Assembly (NCBI GenBank): GCA_964409615.1
Contig: CAYPDT010000001.1
Coordinates: 499,880-563,879 of the forward strand
Origin: an uncultured Candidatus Saccharibacteria bacterium
GTDB lineage: Bacteria > Patescibacteriota > Saccharimonadia > Saccharimonadales > AWTP1-31
Direction of reading: 5' to 3'
Length of the DNA: 64,000 nucleotides
Each line of letters opens with the position of its first letter. Position 1 is the first letter of the stretch. The notes under the pieces were generated by a model. That model had not been told where the DNA came from. It ran no database searches and was given only the letters and a program-made list of their open reading frames with translations. Positions 18,503 to 27,613 of the stretch are shown here, in pieces. Position numbers and translations under genes: made by a program.

Positions 18503-19399
18503 ATGACATTTCAAAAAAACTCAAAGGGCTTTGCACACATCGGGATAATTGCGGTACTAACCGTTACTACTCTGGTAGTGATTATTGGATTATTAGTATA
18601 TCGTAATCGTGATAAAACATCATCCAAAACAGAAACCAAACAAACACAACAAAAACTAACTCCAAAACAGATTGAGGCAACTAAGGTGGTAACCGTACCC
18701 GACCTCCAACAAAAAGGCGAAGTCACGGGCAGTTTTGTGCAGAATAACGGTGTTTCCTGGCCAAATAGTCAGCAAGTAGGCTACATTGGCGTAACTGTCA
18801 GTAATCCAGCAAATGTAAGTAAGGTGGAATGGTATCTTAATAATTTAGATAGCGGTTCACTCAAGTATGCTCAGACAAAAGCATCCGTAGGAAGCCTGTA
18901 TCAATATGATTGGTCACTACAAGGACTGCCCGGTGGTGTTTATCATTGGCTAGCTAAGATTTATGACAAGAATGGCAAGGTTCAGTTAGCTAAGAATAAC
19001 CTAGGTGATTCGTATATTGATATGGTTGTTAACGTAGCTGAATCAACAAACGATAATGGGACAGTTAGTGGTACTTTTGTGCAGCAAAATAATATTTCCT
19101 GGCCAGGAAGTCAAAGCGAGGCTTACGTTGGCGTTTCGGTTGATAACCTGAGTCAGATTAGTAAAGTCGAATGGTATCTTGGTAGTTTCAGTCCAGAAAA
19201 TATGCTTGCCTCACAGGCGGGTGGTGGAGTCAAAAACCTTAATGATGCTGGCGGCCTAGTGCAATACAGCTGGCCGATTTCACAGGTCCCGAGTGGTACT
19301 TACCGCATTCTGGCCAAGGTCTATGATTCTGCTGGAAACTATCAGGTCGTAAAGAATAGCCAAGGTGGATTATTCGTCGATATGAAGATTAAGTCATAG
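18503..19399 (+). CDS. membrane-anchored surface protein with two tandem Ig-like modules
   Basis: An N-terminal TM segment (HIGIIAVLTVTTLVVIIGLLVY) is followed by two copies of about 110 aa sharing VSG(T/S)FVQ.N..SWP.SQ....GV.V.N....SKVEWYL. The start is reset from the track's TTG at 18458 to the ATG at 18503. Confidence 0.65.
   Translation: MTFQKNSKGFAHIGIIAVLTVTTLVVIIGLLVYRNRDKTSSKTETKQTQQKLTPKQIEATKVVTVPDLQQKGEVTGSFVQNNGVSWPNSQQVGYIGVTVSNPANVSKVEWYLNNLDSGSLKYAQTKASVGSLYQYDWSLQGLPGGVYHWLAKIYDKNGKVQLAKNNLGDSYIDMVVNVAESTNDNGTVSGTFVQQNNISWPGSQSEAYVGVSVDNLSQISKVEWYLGSFSPENMLASQAGGGVKNLNDAGGLVQYSWPISQVPSGTYRILAKVYDSAGNYQVVKNSQGGLFVDMKIKS
18716..19393 (+). repeat. internal two-fold domain duplication (about 110 aa each) within the CDS 18503..19399
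   Basis: Copy 1 starts GEVTGSFVQNNGVSWPNSQQ and copy 2 starts GTVSGTFVQQNNISWPGSQS. The copies are diverged at the nucleotide level. Confidence 0.75.
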
Positions 19400-19489
19400 C
19401 AACATCCCCACCGAGCCTTTGGTTGTATTCAGATAGTGCTTATGGTATTATTTGTTGTGTATAGTCACAAACAAAAACTGCAAAACAAT

Positions 19490-20026
19490 ATGAGTATATC
19501 TATAAACAGCCACCGTCGACGAATCGTTATTATCGCCCTCGCAGCCGTCGTGCTTGTTGGCGCTTCTGGTGGAATATACCTCTTTAAAAACCGTGCTCAA
19601 TCAAATGATACCCCTGCCGAACGCAAGCCTACTATCAATTACGCACCCGCAACAGATTCCGAGAAAAAGGAAGCCGACAACAATAAAGACCGTATCATCA
19701 ACGAACAAAAGCAAAACCCCAGCACCGACCCAGCCCCAACACAGAAAAAGGCCGTAACACCAACAATCACTGGTACAACCGGTAGCATCAAAGCCTATGT
19801 AAATGGCATTTTCGAAGAAGGTGGCACCTGTACTGCTACTTTCACCAAAGATGGTACCACGCTAACAAAATCGTCTGCAGGCTTCCAGAATGTTTCATAT
19901 ACTCAATGTGCTCCTATTTCTATTGGTGATGGCTTTTTAAGCCCCGGCACCTGGAGCATGACACTCAACTACTCATCTGCAACTGCCGAAGGAACAACAG
20001 CAAGCCAACAAATCGAGGTGAACTAG
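19490..20026 (+). CDS. membrane-anchored hypothetical protein with a small Cys-containing C-terminal domain
   Basis: MSISINSHRRRIVIIALAAVVLVGASGGIYLF is a signal anchor, followed by a charged linker and a beta-rich domain. I preferred the ATG at 19490 over the track's upstream start at 19436. Confidence 0.6.
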   Translation: MSISINSHRRRIVIIALAAVVLVGASGGIYLFKNRAQSNDTPAERKPTINYAPATDSEKKEADNNKDRIINEQKQNPSTDPAPTQKKAVTPTITGTTGSIKAYVNGIFEEGGTCTATFTKDGTTLTKSSAGFQNVSYTQCAPISIGDGFLSPGTWSMTLNYSSATAEGTTASQQIEVN

Positions 20027-20027
20027 T

Positions 20028-22115
20028 ATGGTTAGAATTTCGAAACTGAAACTTGCAGCCCTGTCATTTGCCCTGCTCATTTCTTTTGGAATGATTGCTA
20101 CCAGTGCACGTGTGTCTGCACTTTCGGGTGGAGAGTTTCAAGCCGGCCGAATTATCGACGATAGTGTGATGTATGACGGTAACGCCATGTCGGCCCAAGA
20201 GATACAGGCGTTTTTAAATGCGAAGGTTCCAGTTTGCGACACCAATGGTACTCAGATGCGGGGTAATGTAACTCGAGCCGCCCATGGAACGGCAAATGGC
20301 TATCCACCACCCTATACTTGCCTGAAAGATTTTGCCGAAAATACTCCAACTAAGGCAGCTGACGCCTACTGTGCCAATACCTATTTTGGTGGCGTCAAAA
20401 CAGCTGCTCAGATTATTTACGATGTTTCTCGTGCCTGCAACGTTAGTCAGAAAGCACTCATAGTGTTGCTACAAAAAGAACAGAGTCTTATTACGGATGA
20501 CTGGCCCTGGAGCATTCAATACCGCGCCGCCACAGGCTACGGCTGCCCCGATACTGCTGCATGTGACGCCGAATACTATGGCTTCTTTAATCAGGTCTAC
20601 AATGCTTCACGACAGCTGCAACGATACGTAAAACAATCTTCTTACTTTAACTATCGAGGTGGTGAAACAAGCTACATTCAGTACAATCCTAACGCTGGCT
20701 GTGGTGGTAGTAATGTATACCTGCAGAATTCAGCCACTGCAGCCTTGTATAACTACACCCCTTACCAACCTAATCAAGCTGCCCTAGACAACCTTTACGG
20801 CTCTGGTGATGGCTGTAGTGCTTACGGCAACCGTAACTTCTGGCGATTATTTAACGACTGGTTTGGTACAACCCAGGCACCAAACTGGGCATGGCAGTGG
20901 AACTCTCAGTACGCCTACACCGACGAGACAAAGACTACGCCTAAAGACTTAATGAATCTAAGACCCGGCGATCGAGTGTACGTTGGCTTTACTGCTAGGA
21001 ACACTGGTAATTTAGCCTGGTCTAACAGTGGCGCCAATCCGCTTCGGGTGGGCACCTTAAGTCCCGCCGAGCGATCCAGTATTTTTGCTCCCGGTAGTGG
21101 CTGGCTTGGCGCAAGTCGACCTACGACCATGAAAGAAGCGACTGTGGCACCGGGGGGCATTGGCACCTTTGAGTTTTGGTTAACAGTACCCAACAATCCC
21201 GGTACATATAATGAGCGGTTTGGCTTATTGTCTGAAGGTCGGTCTTGGCTAAACGATAACGGCTTAAGTTTTGGATTACGTGTTATCCCAGACATACTTA
21301 GTTGGCAGTGGAACTCTCAATACGCTTACACCGACAACACGAAGACGACTGCACGCAGCCTAAGCTCGGTGAAGACGGGCGAGAAAGTCTATGTGGGCTT
21401 TACGGCGAAAAACACTGGTAATGTAACTTGGTCAAACACTGGCAATAATCCATTGCGTGTAGGTACCCTGAATCCACGTGACCGAATAAGCAGTTTTGCC
21501 CCAGGCAGCAATTGGGTTGGCACTACACGCCCAGCAACACTCAAAGAAACAACGGTAGCACCGGGTGGCATTGGCACCTTTGAGTTCGTTATTACCGCAC
21601 CTGAGACACCGGGATCTTTTAACGAACGTTACGGACTTCTGTCCGAGGGTAAGACCTGGCTCAATGATACTGGTCTGAGCTATGGAATATCTGTGGTACC
21701 CGAAGTATATAGCTGGCAATGGAACTCTCAATACGCTTACACCGATGCCACCAAAACAGTAGCCAAGAATTTAAATGACTTGCGCCCTGGCGAAAAAGTA
21801 TATGTGGGCTTTACGGCGAAAAACACTGGTAATGTAACTTGGTCAAACACTGGCAATAATCCATTGCGTGTAGGTACCCTGAATCCACGTGACCGAATAA
21901 GCAGTTTTGCCCCAGGCAGCAATTGGGTTGGCACTACACGCCCAGCAACACTCAAAGAAACAACGGTAGCACCGGGTGGCATTGGCACCTTTGAGTTCGT
22001 TATTACCGCACCTGAGACACCGGGATCTTTTAACGAACGTTACGGACTTCTGTCCGAGGGTAAGACCTGGCTCAATGATACTGGTCTGAGCTATGGAATT
22101 CGCGTATCTCCATAA
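20028..22115 (+). CDS. secreted protein: signal peptide, Cys-rich conserved N-terminal domain of about 280 aa, then three 137-aa Ig-like (possibly NBR1-Ig-like) repeats
   Basis: The signal peptide is MVRISKLKLAALSFALLISFGMIATSARVSA. The N-terminal domain contains LIVLLQKEQSLIT, GYGCPDTAACD, YNYTPYQPN and GNRNFW motifs that I recall from uncharacterised monoderm exoproteins. The repeats begin WQWNSQYAYTD. Confidence 0.8.
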   Translation: MVRISKLKLAALSFALLISFGMIATSARVSALSGGEFQAGRIIDDSVMYDGNAMSAQEIQAFLNAKVPVCDTNGTQMRGNVTRAAHGTANGYPPPYTCLKDFAENTPTKAADAYCANTYFGGVKTAAQIIYDVSRACNVSQKALIVLLQKEQSLITDDWPWSIQYRAATGYGCPDTAACDAEYYGFFNQVYNASRQLQRYVKQSSYFNYRGGETSYIQYNPNAGCGGSNVYLQNSATAALYNYTPYQPNQAALDNLYGSGDGCSAYGNRNFWRLFNDWFGTTQAPNWAWQWNSQYAYTDETKTTPKDLMNLRPGDRVYVGFTARNTGNLAWSNSGANPLRVGTLSPAERSSIFAPGSGWLGASRPTTMKEATVAPGGIGTFEFWLTVPNNPGTYNERFGLLSEGRSWLNDNGLSFGLRVIPDILSWQWNSQYAYTDNTKTTARSLSSVKTGEKVYVGFTAKNTGNVTWSNTGNNPLRVGTLNPRDRISSFAPGSNWVGTTRPATLKETTVAPGGIGTFEFVITAPETPGSFNERYGLLSEGKTWLNDTGLSYGISVVPEVYSWQWNSQYAYTDATKTVAKNLNDLRPGEKVYVGFTAKNTGNVTWSNTGNNPLRVGTLNPRDRISSFAPGSNWVGTTRPATLKETTVAPGGIGTFEFVITAPETPGSFNERYGLLSEGKTWLNDTGLSYGIRVSP
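20886..22112 (+). repeat. three tandem 411-bp coding repeats; copies 2 and 3 share a 299-bp perfect identity block (21390-21688 = 21801-22099)
   Basis: The repeat starts fall at about 20887, 21298 and 21709. I compared copies 2 and 3 base by base and found no mismatch in the block. Copy 1 is clearly diverged. Confidence 0.9.
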
Positions 22116-22169
22116 TAGCCCGTGTGTTTTAAAAGAAGACAATTCATGACAAACATCGACGATTAAAGC

Positions 22170-22175
22170 TATACT
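22170..22175 (+). promoter_or_regulatory. -10 box TATACT, 6 nt before the ATG at 22182 (leaderless-type)
   Basis: aagcTATACTgcttctATG read directly. Confidence 0.4.
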
Positions 22176-22181
22176 GCTTCT

Positions 22182-24215
22182 ATGAAATTCTTATCTTTAG
22201 CACGCCGTACCGTTTCCGAGAATCGGTATCTCTACTGGGCATTAGTAGTATTTATATTTTTAGCAATCACCTGGCTCTTTATGGGCCCATCCCTAACACA
22301 TATCAATACCGTAGTCCTGAACACACCCGGAGACCATACATCAGGCATTATGTATTTAAGCTGGGTGCATCCATCCACCCCAATACCCGGGATTAGCTTA
22401 TTTACAAATTTTCCTTTCGGCGAAAGTTTGCGCATACCCATAACGGCTTCTTCTCAGGTTTTGTCTGTCAGTCATTGGGCATTATCAAAGCTAGGCACTG
22501 TTGCTACGGGTTGGAATCTATTGGTCCTAATCGGATACATGAGTAATGCACTCTTGATGTTCGGGTTTATCAAATGGCTTACTAAAAACAGCTGGGCTGC
22601 ATTTTTCTGTGCATATGCGATAACGTTCACACCTTACCATGTTTTCGCTAGCCGAGGTCAGATAGCAGGATTGTATGGGAGTATTTTTATCTTAGCAGTC
22701 TGGCAATTCCTCGCGCTGTGGCGTAAACCACACCTTCTTAAGGCAATCAGTTTAGGTACAATTCTCGGTATTAGCTTTTACACAGACGGTTATTTCATTC
22801 TAATCGGTATGGTATTTTTACTAGCTGTTTGGATTTCGAGTCTGTTATATGGCTATCGCACCAAAACACTACCGGCAGTAAAAAACCAACTAGTTCAACT
22901 ACTTGTAGCCTCGGTTACAGCTGGCGTCTGGCTGCTTCCTTTGCTATACATAAACTTCACCTACGCCTCAAAGATTGGTAGCCTCCTCGATAATGCCCGC
23001 GGCAGTATCGAAGCAAATGCCCAAACATACTCGGCACAACTACCAATGTATGGAAATCCCAATAGCCTTATATTTATTGGGTTTACCGTTTTAACTCTAG
23101 GCGCTATTGGAGCAATCCTTGCTATACGACAAAAGAACAAGGGCGAACCGCTTAAATCGGAGCAATTCATAGTATGGACATTAATAGCTATTACCTTGAT
23201 TGCACTATGGTTTAGCTTGCAGCCGATAGTTCGAGTTTTTGGCTTGCCAATAATTATGCCCTCCAAGCTTATAATAACGATCACGTCAGCTTGGAGAGTC
23301 TTTGGAAGACTTTATAGTCTTGTGTCTATTGGTGCCATTACACTTGCTGGATTAGGCCTAGTTGCCTTAATGCATAGATACCCAACTAAACGATATGTTA
23401 TTGCAGCTGGCAGCACGTTGTTACTGATACTTGAGCTCGGCTGGTACCCCTACCACTTCAAAGTGCCAACTTTTAACTACGCATCTACACCCGCTGTGTA
23501 TACATGGCTCCGCAATCAAGAAGATGTGAAAGCCATTGCAGAATACCCGCTCGATGAGCCACCATCAGGACAGTATCTTGCTGATTATTACACGTTCCAA
23601 CAAGTCAGCGGCAAACCGATGCTAAATACATTCCTACCCGATAGTCCACAGGCACCGCTCCGCAGAAGTATTGTCGGTATTAATGACCCTCAGACATTAC
23701 CAGTTCTGCGAGCCCTCGGCATTTCCGTCGTTAACACAAGAGCCACGCCGATTGCAGGTTCTACTCTTGATATATCTAGGGCAGTCGCTCAAAACGACAA
23801 ATTAATAAAAGTTACCGGATTCAAACATGACGATACCATCCAAACCTACCGAATATCTCCGGGCAGTGCTGCCAATTACGCATTGACAATTCCAGGTTTG
23901 CTAGCCAGTGATATTCAGCTGACGGACCAAGGTACGGCTCAATATAGACTTATTAATGCGGGCACCTTAATTGCAAGCGCGTTACCAAAGACTACAGCAA
24001 AAAACAGCGTAACTGCCTCGTTTACTGTAAGCTCAACACTGCTCCGTAACGCGACACTAGTACAGGACGGAAAAACTATTTGGTCCGGAGAAATAGGCAC
24101 AACTGCACAAAAACTAATGATTCAGATTAAGCCAAGTGTTCCGGTGCATGTATTTTTACAAGAAAATTCCGTAGATAATGCCATTACCGTAACTCAATTG
24201 CAGGTTACTGATTAG
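22182..24215 (+). CDS. large polytopic membrane protein, GT-C/YfhO-like (putative extracytoplasmic glycosyltransferase), paralog of 24205..26415
   Basis: 677 aa with at least 10 TM segments followed by a soluble C-terminal domain. It shares motifs with its neighbour: (F/Y)MGPS, TNFP(F/V)GE, YTWL..QE....IAEYP. Confidence 0.6.
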   Translation: MKFLSLARRTVSENRYLYWALVVFIFLAITWLFMGPSLTHINTVVLNTPGDHTSGIMYLSWVHPSTPIPGISLFTNFPFGESLRIPITASSQVLSVSHWALSKLGTVATGWNLLVLIGYMSNALLMFGFIKWLTKNSWAAFFCAYAITFTPYHVFASRGQIAGLYGSIFILAVWQFLALWRKPHLLKAISLGTILGISFYTDGYFILIGMVFLLAVWISSLLYGYRTKTLPAVKNQLVQLLVASVTAGVWLLPLLYINFTYASKIGSLLDNARGSIEANAQTYSAQLPMYGNPNSLIFIGFTVLTLGAIGAILAIRQKNKGEPLKSEQFIVWTLIAITLIALWFSLQPIVRVFGLPIIMPSKLIITITSAWRVFGRLYSLVSIGAITLAGLGLVALMHRYPTKRYVIAAGSTLLLILELGWYPYHFKVPTFNYASTPAVYTWLRNQEDVKAIAEYPLDEPPSGQYLADYYTFQQVSGKPMLNTFLPDSPQAPLRRSIVGINDPQTLPVLRALGISVVNTRATPIAGSTLDISRAVAQNDKLIKVTGFKHDDTIQTYRISPGSAANYALTIPGLLASDIQLTDQGTAQYRLINAGTLIASALPKTTAKNSVTASFTVSSTLLRNATLVQDGKTIWSGEIGTTAQKLMIQIKPSVPVHVFLQENSVDNAITVTQLQVTD

Positions 24216-26415
24216 CGGCAGTCGAGCATCCAAGATTTCGTACTTCCATGTTGTAACCCTTGTCGTTGGTTAGGGTAATGGTTTTGTTCGCTGGTACCAC
24301 CATACTTTGATACGTTCCATCTGCGGGTACTGTAATGAATGGTTTGCCGTCTGCCGAAATGGTGATTGCGGCTTTATCGGTTTGTCCGGCAATTTTTATA
24401 TCAAAACACCTCTTATTATCGGTTACTTGTGCTACATCTTGCCCCGGTACTCTGATAACATCAATCCGACTATTATTCAGCGCTTCGTAATTCCAGTCTG
24501 CAGCACTTTTAATTATCGTCGTGTTACGCACGAAGTTCTTGGCCAAAGATAACATTTGCACAGTTTTAGGTGCGGTAATACGAGCAATAACAACGTTGTC
24601 GTGGGTTATGAGTGGCGTGAATGCAGACATATTAAACCGTTGATGTGGGGCACTATATATCACCTCAAGCCCGGGAATCGCTCGAACGGTTTCCTCAGGG
24701 ACTCCATGGATGACCACTGCATCTATTTTCATTGCACTCAACACCTGAACTGTTTGCGGGTCGGAGATATCTTTCAGAGATGTTCGTAAGTTCTCTTCTT
24801 TGGTCGTTGGTATATTGGCATTAAATAACTTCTTTTTATGCGCTAGTTGCATCGTTAGGTAGTAGGCCATAGCATTAGATTCCCCGCCAGATTTTTCGAT
24901 AGGATATTCGGCAATAGTAGAAATATTTTCCTGTTCTCCAAGCCACGTGTATGGTGTTGGCACATTAGTTTTGTAGCTAAATGTAGAGATGTCATTACCC
25001 TTAAATGGCTTAAACGCTAAGTACTCGACGAAAATAGTTAAGAATAGGCCCACAAAAAGAATACCTAGTAGTTTTTTGTGTTTTGCAAAGCGAACGCTTA
25101 CATACCAGAGTACGACCGCAAAAATCGTTATTATGGCAAAGTTTACATCAACATACATACGGGTTAGCGTCCTCCATGTTGGAGTAATAGCTAGCAGTAT
25201 GAATGATGGCGTAGGTATCAGGCCACCAATCTTAAGTGGTGGTAGGGCTATAATTGCCGCTGCCACCGCAATAGCAACCATACCGTATATAACAAGTTCA
25301 TTATCGTAGCCCAATTTCAAACCTAAGCGTCGCTTGTTTATTCGTTCCCATCCAAAGATAATCAGACCGATTGTCGCAACTGATAGAACTGCCAAACTTA
25401 CCCCTACTGTGTCCTCACCTATCCCACATGAGTAGTTGTTGTGCAGCATCTGGATTGTAGCAGTATAGGTTGTTCGATCTGTCAGTTTCTCGAGTATCTT
25501 ATTGCGTCCCGAAGGAATGAGGTACTCATATGGTAGATTACTACAGGCGGCAGCCTCTGCAACTACGTTTCCTCGAACCGCAGCTACAGTAGTAGAAATC
25601 TGACGACTATTCTTAACTGTCACAAATAATAACGGTGCGATTAAGATGATGCATAGCAGCACGGCTTTTATAATCGCCTTAACATCTGGCATTATTTGTG
25701 TCTTAAAGGATTGCTTCTTTACCTTTTTACGCGTCCTTTGCCAGACCAAAGCAAGCCAGACAAGCCCCAGAGGGACCAACATAAAAATAATTAATAATGA
25801 AAAGTATGGGTCAAAATATAAACTTAGTGAAGTTAGCACGGCAAGCCAGACAATGTCCCGTCTGCGTCGATACTTGATTACGTTATAGAATGCCCATACC
25901 GAACCGATGAGAAGAGCTTGGTAGCCATAGCCGGGGTGCCCACCAACCTTCATTTGGTAATAAGGGCTAAACGAAACCGCAAATCCTGCCAACCAAGCGA
26001 TAGAACGTTTACGAGTTACTGAATAAATAAACCCGAACATTACCAGAGCACTAGCAATGAAACCTGCCATATTGACTAGGTTATAGCCACAAACCGGGCC
26101 AGCTATTCGTGAAGCACTCCAAATCAAAATTGCCTGCCCATACTGACTGTAATTTGCGGGGCTATAGAAATTCTCTCCCACAGGGAAGTTAGTCATATCG
26201 GTGTATGACCCAAGGGGTGGTTGGCTGGGTTTAATGCTAAATCGCCAAACCGGGCCAGCGGTATTATCGCCAAAACCATAGAGAGTATTGTTGCACTGTG
26301 TGACGCTTGGCCCCATATACATAACCGTGAAGAATACATAAGAAAGTACCACCAGGACTATACCCAGCCGCCCGTTGATTAAGCTTTTGACTCGTGACTG
26401 CCAGGTCATTTTCAT
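24205..26415 (-). CDS. large polytopic membrane protein, GT-C/YfhO-like, paralog of 22182..24215
   Basis: 736 aa with the same architecture and shared motifs. Its start overlaps the stop of the upstream GT2 gene by 4 nt. Confidence 0.6.
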   Translation of the reverse strand: MKMTWQSRVKSLINGRLGIVLVVLSYVFFTVMYMGPSVTQCNNTLYGFGDNTAGPVWRFSIKPSQPPLGSYTDMTNFPVGENFYSPANYSQYGQAILIWSASRIAGPVCGYNLVNMAGFIASALVMFGFIYSVTRKRSIAWLAGFAVSFSPYYQMKVGGHPGYGYQALLIGSVWAFYNVIKYRRRRDIVWLAVLTSLSLYFDPYFSLLIIFMLVPLGLVWLALVWQRTRKKVKKQSFKTQIMPDVKAIIKAVLLCIILIAPLLFVTVKNSRQISTTVAAVRGNVVAEAAACSNLPYEYLIPSGRNKILEKLTDRTTYTATIQMLHNNYSCGIGEDTVGVSLAVLSVATIGLIIFGWERINKRRLGLKLGYDNELVIYGMVAIAVAAAIIALPPLKIGGLIPTPSFILLAITPTWRTLTRMYVDVNFAIITIFAVVLWYVSVRFAKHKKLLGILFVGLFLTIFVEYLAFKPFKGNDISTFSYKTNVPTPYTWLGEQENISTIAEYPIEKSGGESNAMAYYLTMQLAHKKKLFNANIPTTKEENLRTSLKDISDPQTVQVLSAMKIDAVVIHGVPEETVRAIPGLEVIYSAPHQRFNMSAFTPLITHDNVVIARITAPKTVQMLSLAKNFVRNTTIIKSAADWNYEALNNSRIDVIRVPGQDVAQVTDNKRCFDIKIAGQTDKAAITISADGKPFITVPADGTYQSMVVPANKTITLTNDKGYNMEVRNLGCSTAANQ

Positions 26416-27521
26416 GTCGCCACTCCTGATTTACGAACTATAAATATTTTAATAAAAGCTTTCCAAATGCCAGCACCATAATATACCGCAAACACTGGCG
26501 ATAAAAACATTGTACTAACAGCATCTTTAGAAGGTACACCTATCAAAAGCATGGTCAGCAGCTCCAAGGCCAAACCAGCGAGAAAAGCAACAAAAACTAG
26601 TGTTAACAAACTAGGCCACAACACTAAAATTACTGGGAACACTATCGATAAAATCAAAAAGACTATGAGCGGGATAAAGAATCGATTACCATCGTTTCGT
26701 AAGAATCCGTCAACAAACACCTGCCCACGGTGGTACACATGTTTGGTATATTGCTTCATTGTCGAACGAGCGTGATACAAACACCAAAAATCAGGGCTAA
26801 TATTGATTGAGTCTTGTTGTGCCACGTAGCGAAGTAATAACGTATCATCGTTAGAAGTCTTAAGGTCTTTGGTGTTTTTTTCAAACCACTGGTTAGCATC
26901 TGCAAGGATAGACTTAGTAATAAAAAAACATGTGGTGCCTTTTGGATAGTCGTCAAACTCTGCTATGCCATATGATATGTCGCGAGGCTGCTTAAAATAC
27001 TTACGCCATGCGACGAAGGCCACGGTCTCCCAGAAACGCGCATATATGTTGCCCTTCTTGTCGACCCTAACATGACTACACCAGACTTTACGCGTTTGGT
27101 CGGCTTGATGTTGCATGATTAGATAACTCAAAGATGTTTTTCCGATATACACTCGCGTATCGACAAATAGTAAATTAGGGTATTTTGCTTCGTTTGTGCC
27201 AGTTCGGCGAGCGACAAATCGTCCGCCATTCTTTTGAGTAACAACTCGAATCGGATAGTCTGCTTTTTTCTGCAAGGATGCTATAACTTCTAGCGTGTCA
27301 TCCGTTGAGCCATCATTAACAAATAAGACTTCGTATTTTTCTAATTTCGCATCTTTTATTGCCGCTTCAACATGCTGTAGTGTGCTAGGCAGCCAGCTTG
27401 AGCCATTATACGTCGGTATTATGACTGTTATGCCCTGTTTTGTAATCATAGACTGTTTTGCCATTTTTGCCTTATTTACGCCTGCCACATATACCCCGTT
27501 ATTGCCGCCAACCTCAGTCAT
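26412..27521 (-). CDS. GT2-family glycosyltransferase with C-terminal TM helices (CsbB/GtrB-like)
   Basis: ITVIIPTYNGSSWL...FVNDGSTDDT is a GT-A signature, and the C-terminal third is hydrophobic. An alternative start is MAKQSM at 27464, preceded by TAAGG. Confidence 0.8.
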   Translation of the reverse strand: MTEVGGNNGVYVAGVNKAKMAKQSMITKQGITVIIPTYNGSSWLPSTLQHVEAAIKDAKLEKYEVLFVNDGSTDDTLEVIASLQKKADYPIRVVTQKNGGRFVARRTGTNEAKYPNLLFVDTRVYIGKTSLSYLIMQHQADQTRKVWCSHVRVDKKGNIYARFWETVAFVAWRKYFKQPRDISYGIAEFDDYPKGTTCFFITKSILADANQWFEKNTKDLKTSNDDTLLLRYVAQQDSINISPDFWCLYHARSTMKQYTKHVYHRGQVFVDGFLRNDGNRFFIPLIVFLILSIVFPVILVLWPSLLTLVFVAFLAGLALELLTMLLIGVPSKDAVSTMFLSPVFAVYYGAGIWKAFIKIFIVRKSGVAT

Positions 27522-27528
27522 TTAAGCT

Positions 27529-27534
27529 ATACTA
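27529..27534 (-). promoter_or_regulatory. -10-like TAGTAT, 7 nt before the ATG at 27521
   Basis: The minus strand reads attaGTATAGCTTAAATG, which can be parsed as TAGTAT-agcttaa-ATG. Confidence 0.3.
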
Positions 27535-27600
27535 ATTAGAGCTATCTTGATATTACTAGTATATCAGCATAAGCCCACTCACTAAACACCAGTAAACCGC

Positions 27601-27606
27601 TATAGA
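27601..27606 (+). promoter_or_regulatory. -10-like TATAGA, 7 nt before the ATG at 27614
   Basis: ccgcTATAGAaaaattcATG read directly. Confidence 0.3.
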
Positions 27607-27613
27607 AAAATTC

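Noticed and set aside
20886-22112. Regularly spaced repeats that might be a CRISPR or satellite array.
   Set aside because: The period is 411 bp, in frame, inside a long ORF, and encodes a folded-looking 137-aa module. There is no short repeat/spacer structure and there are no cas genes.
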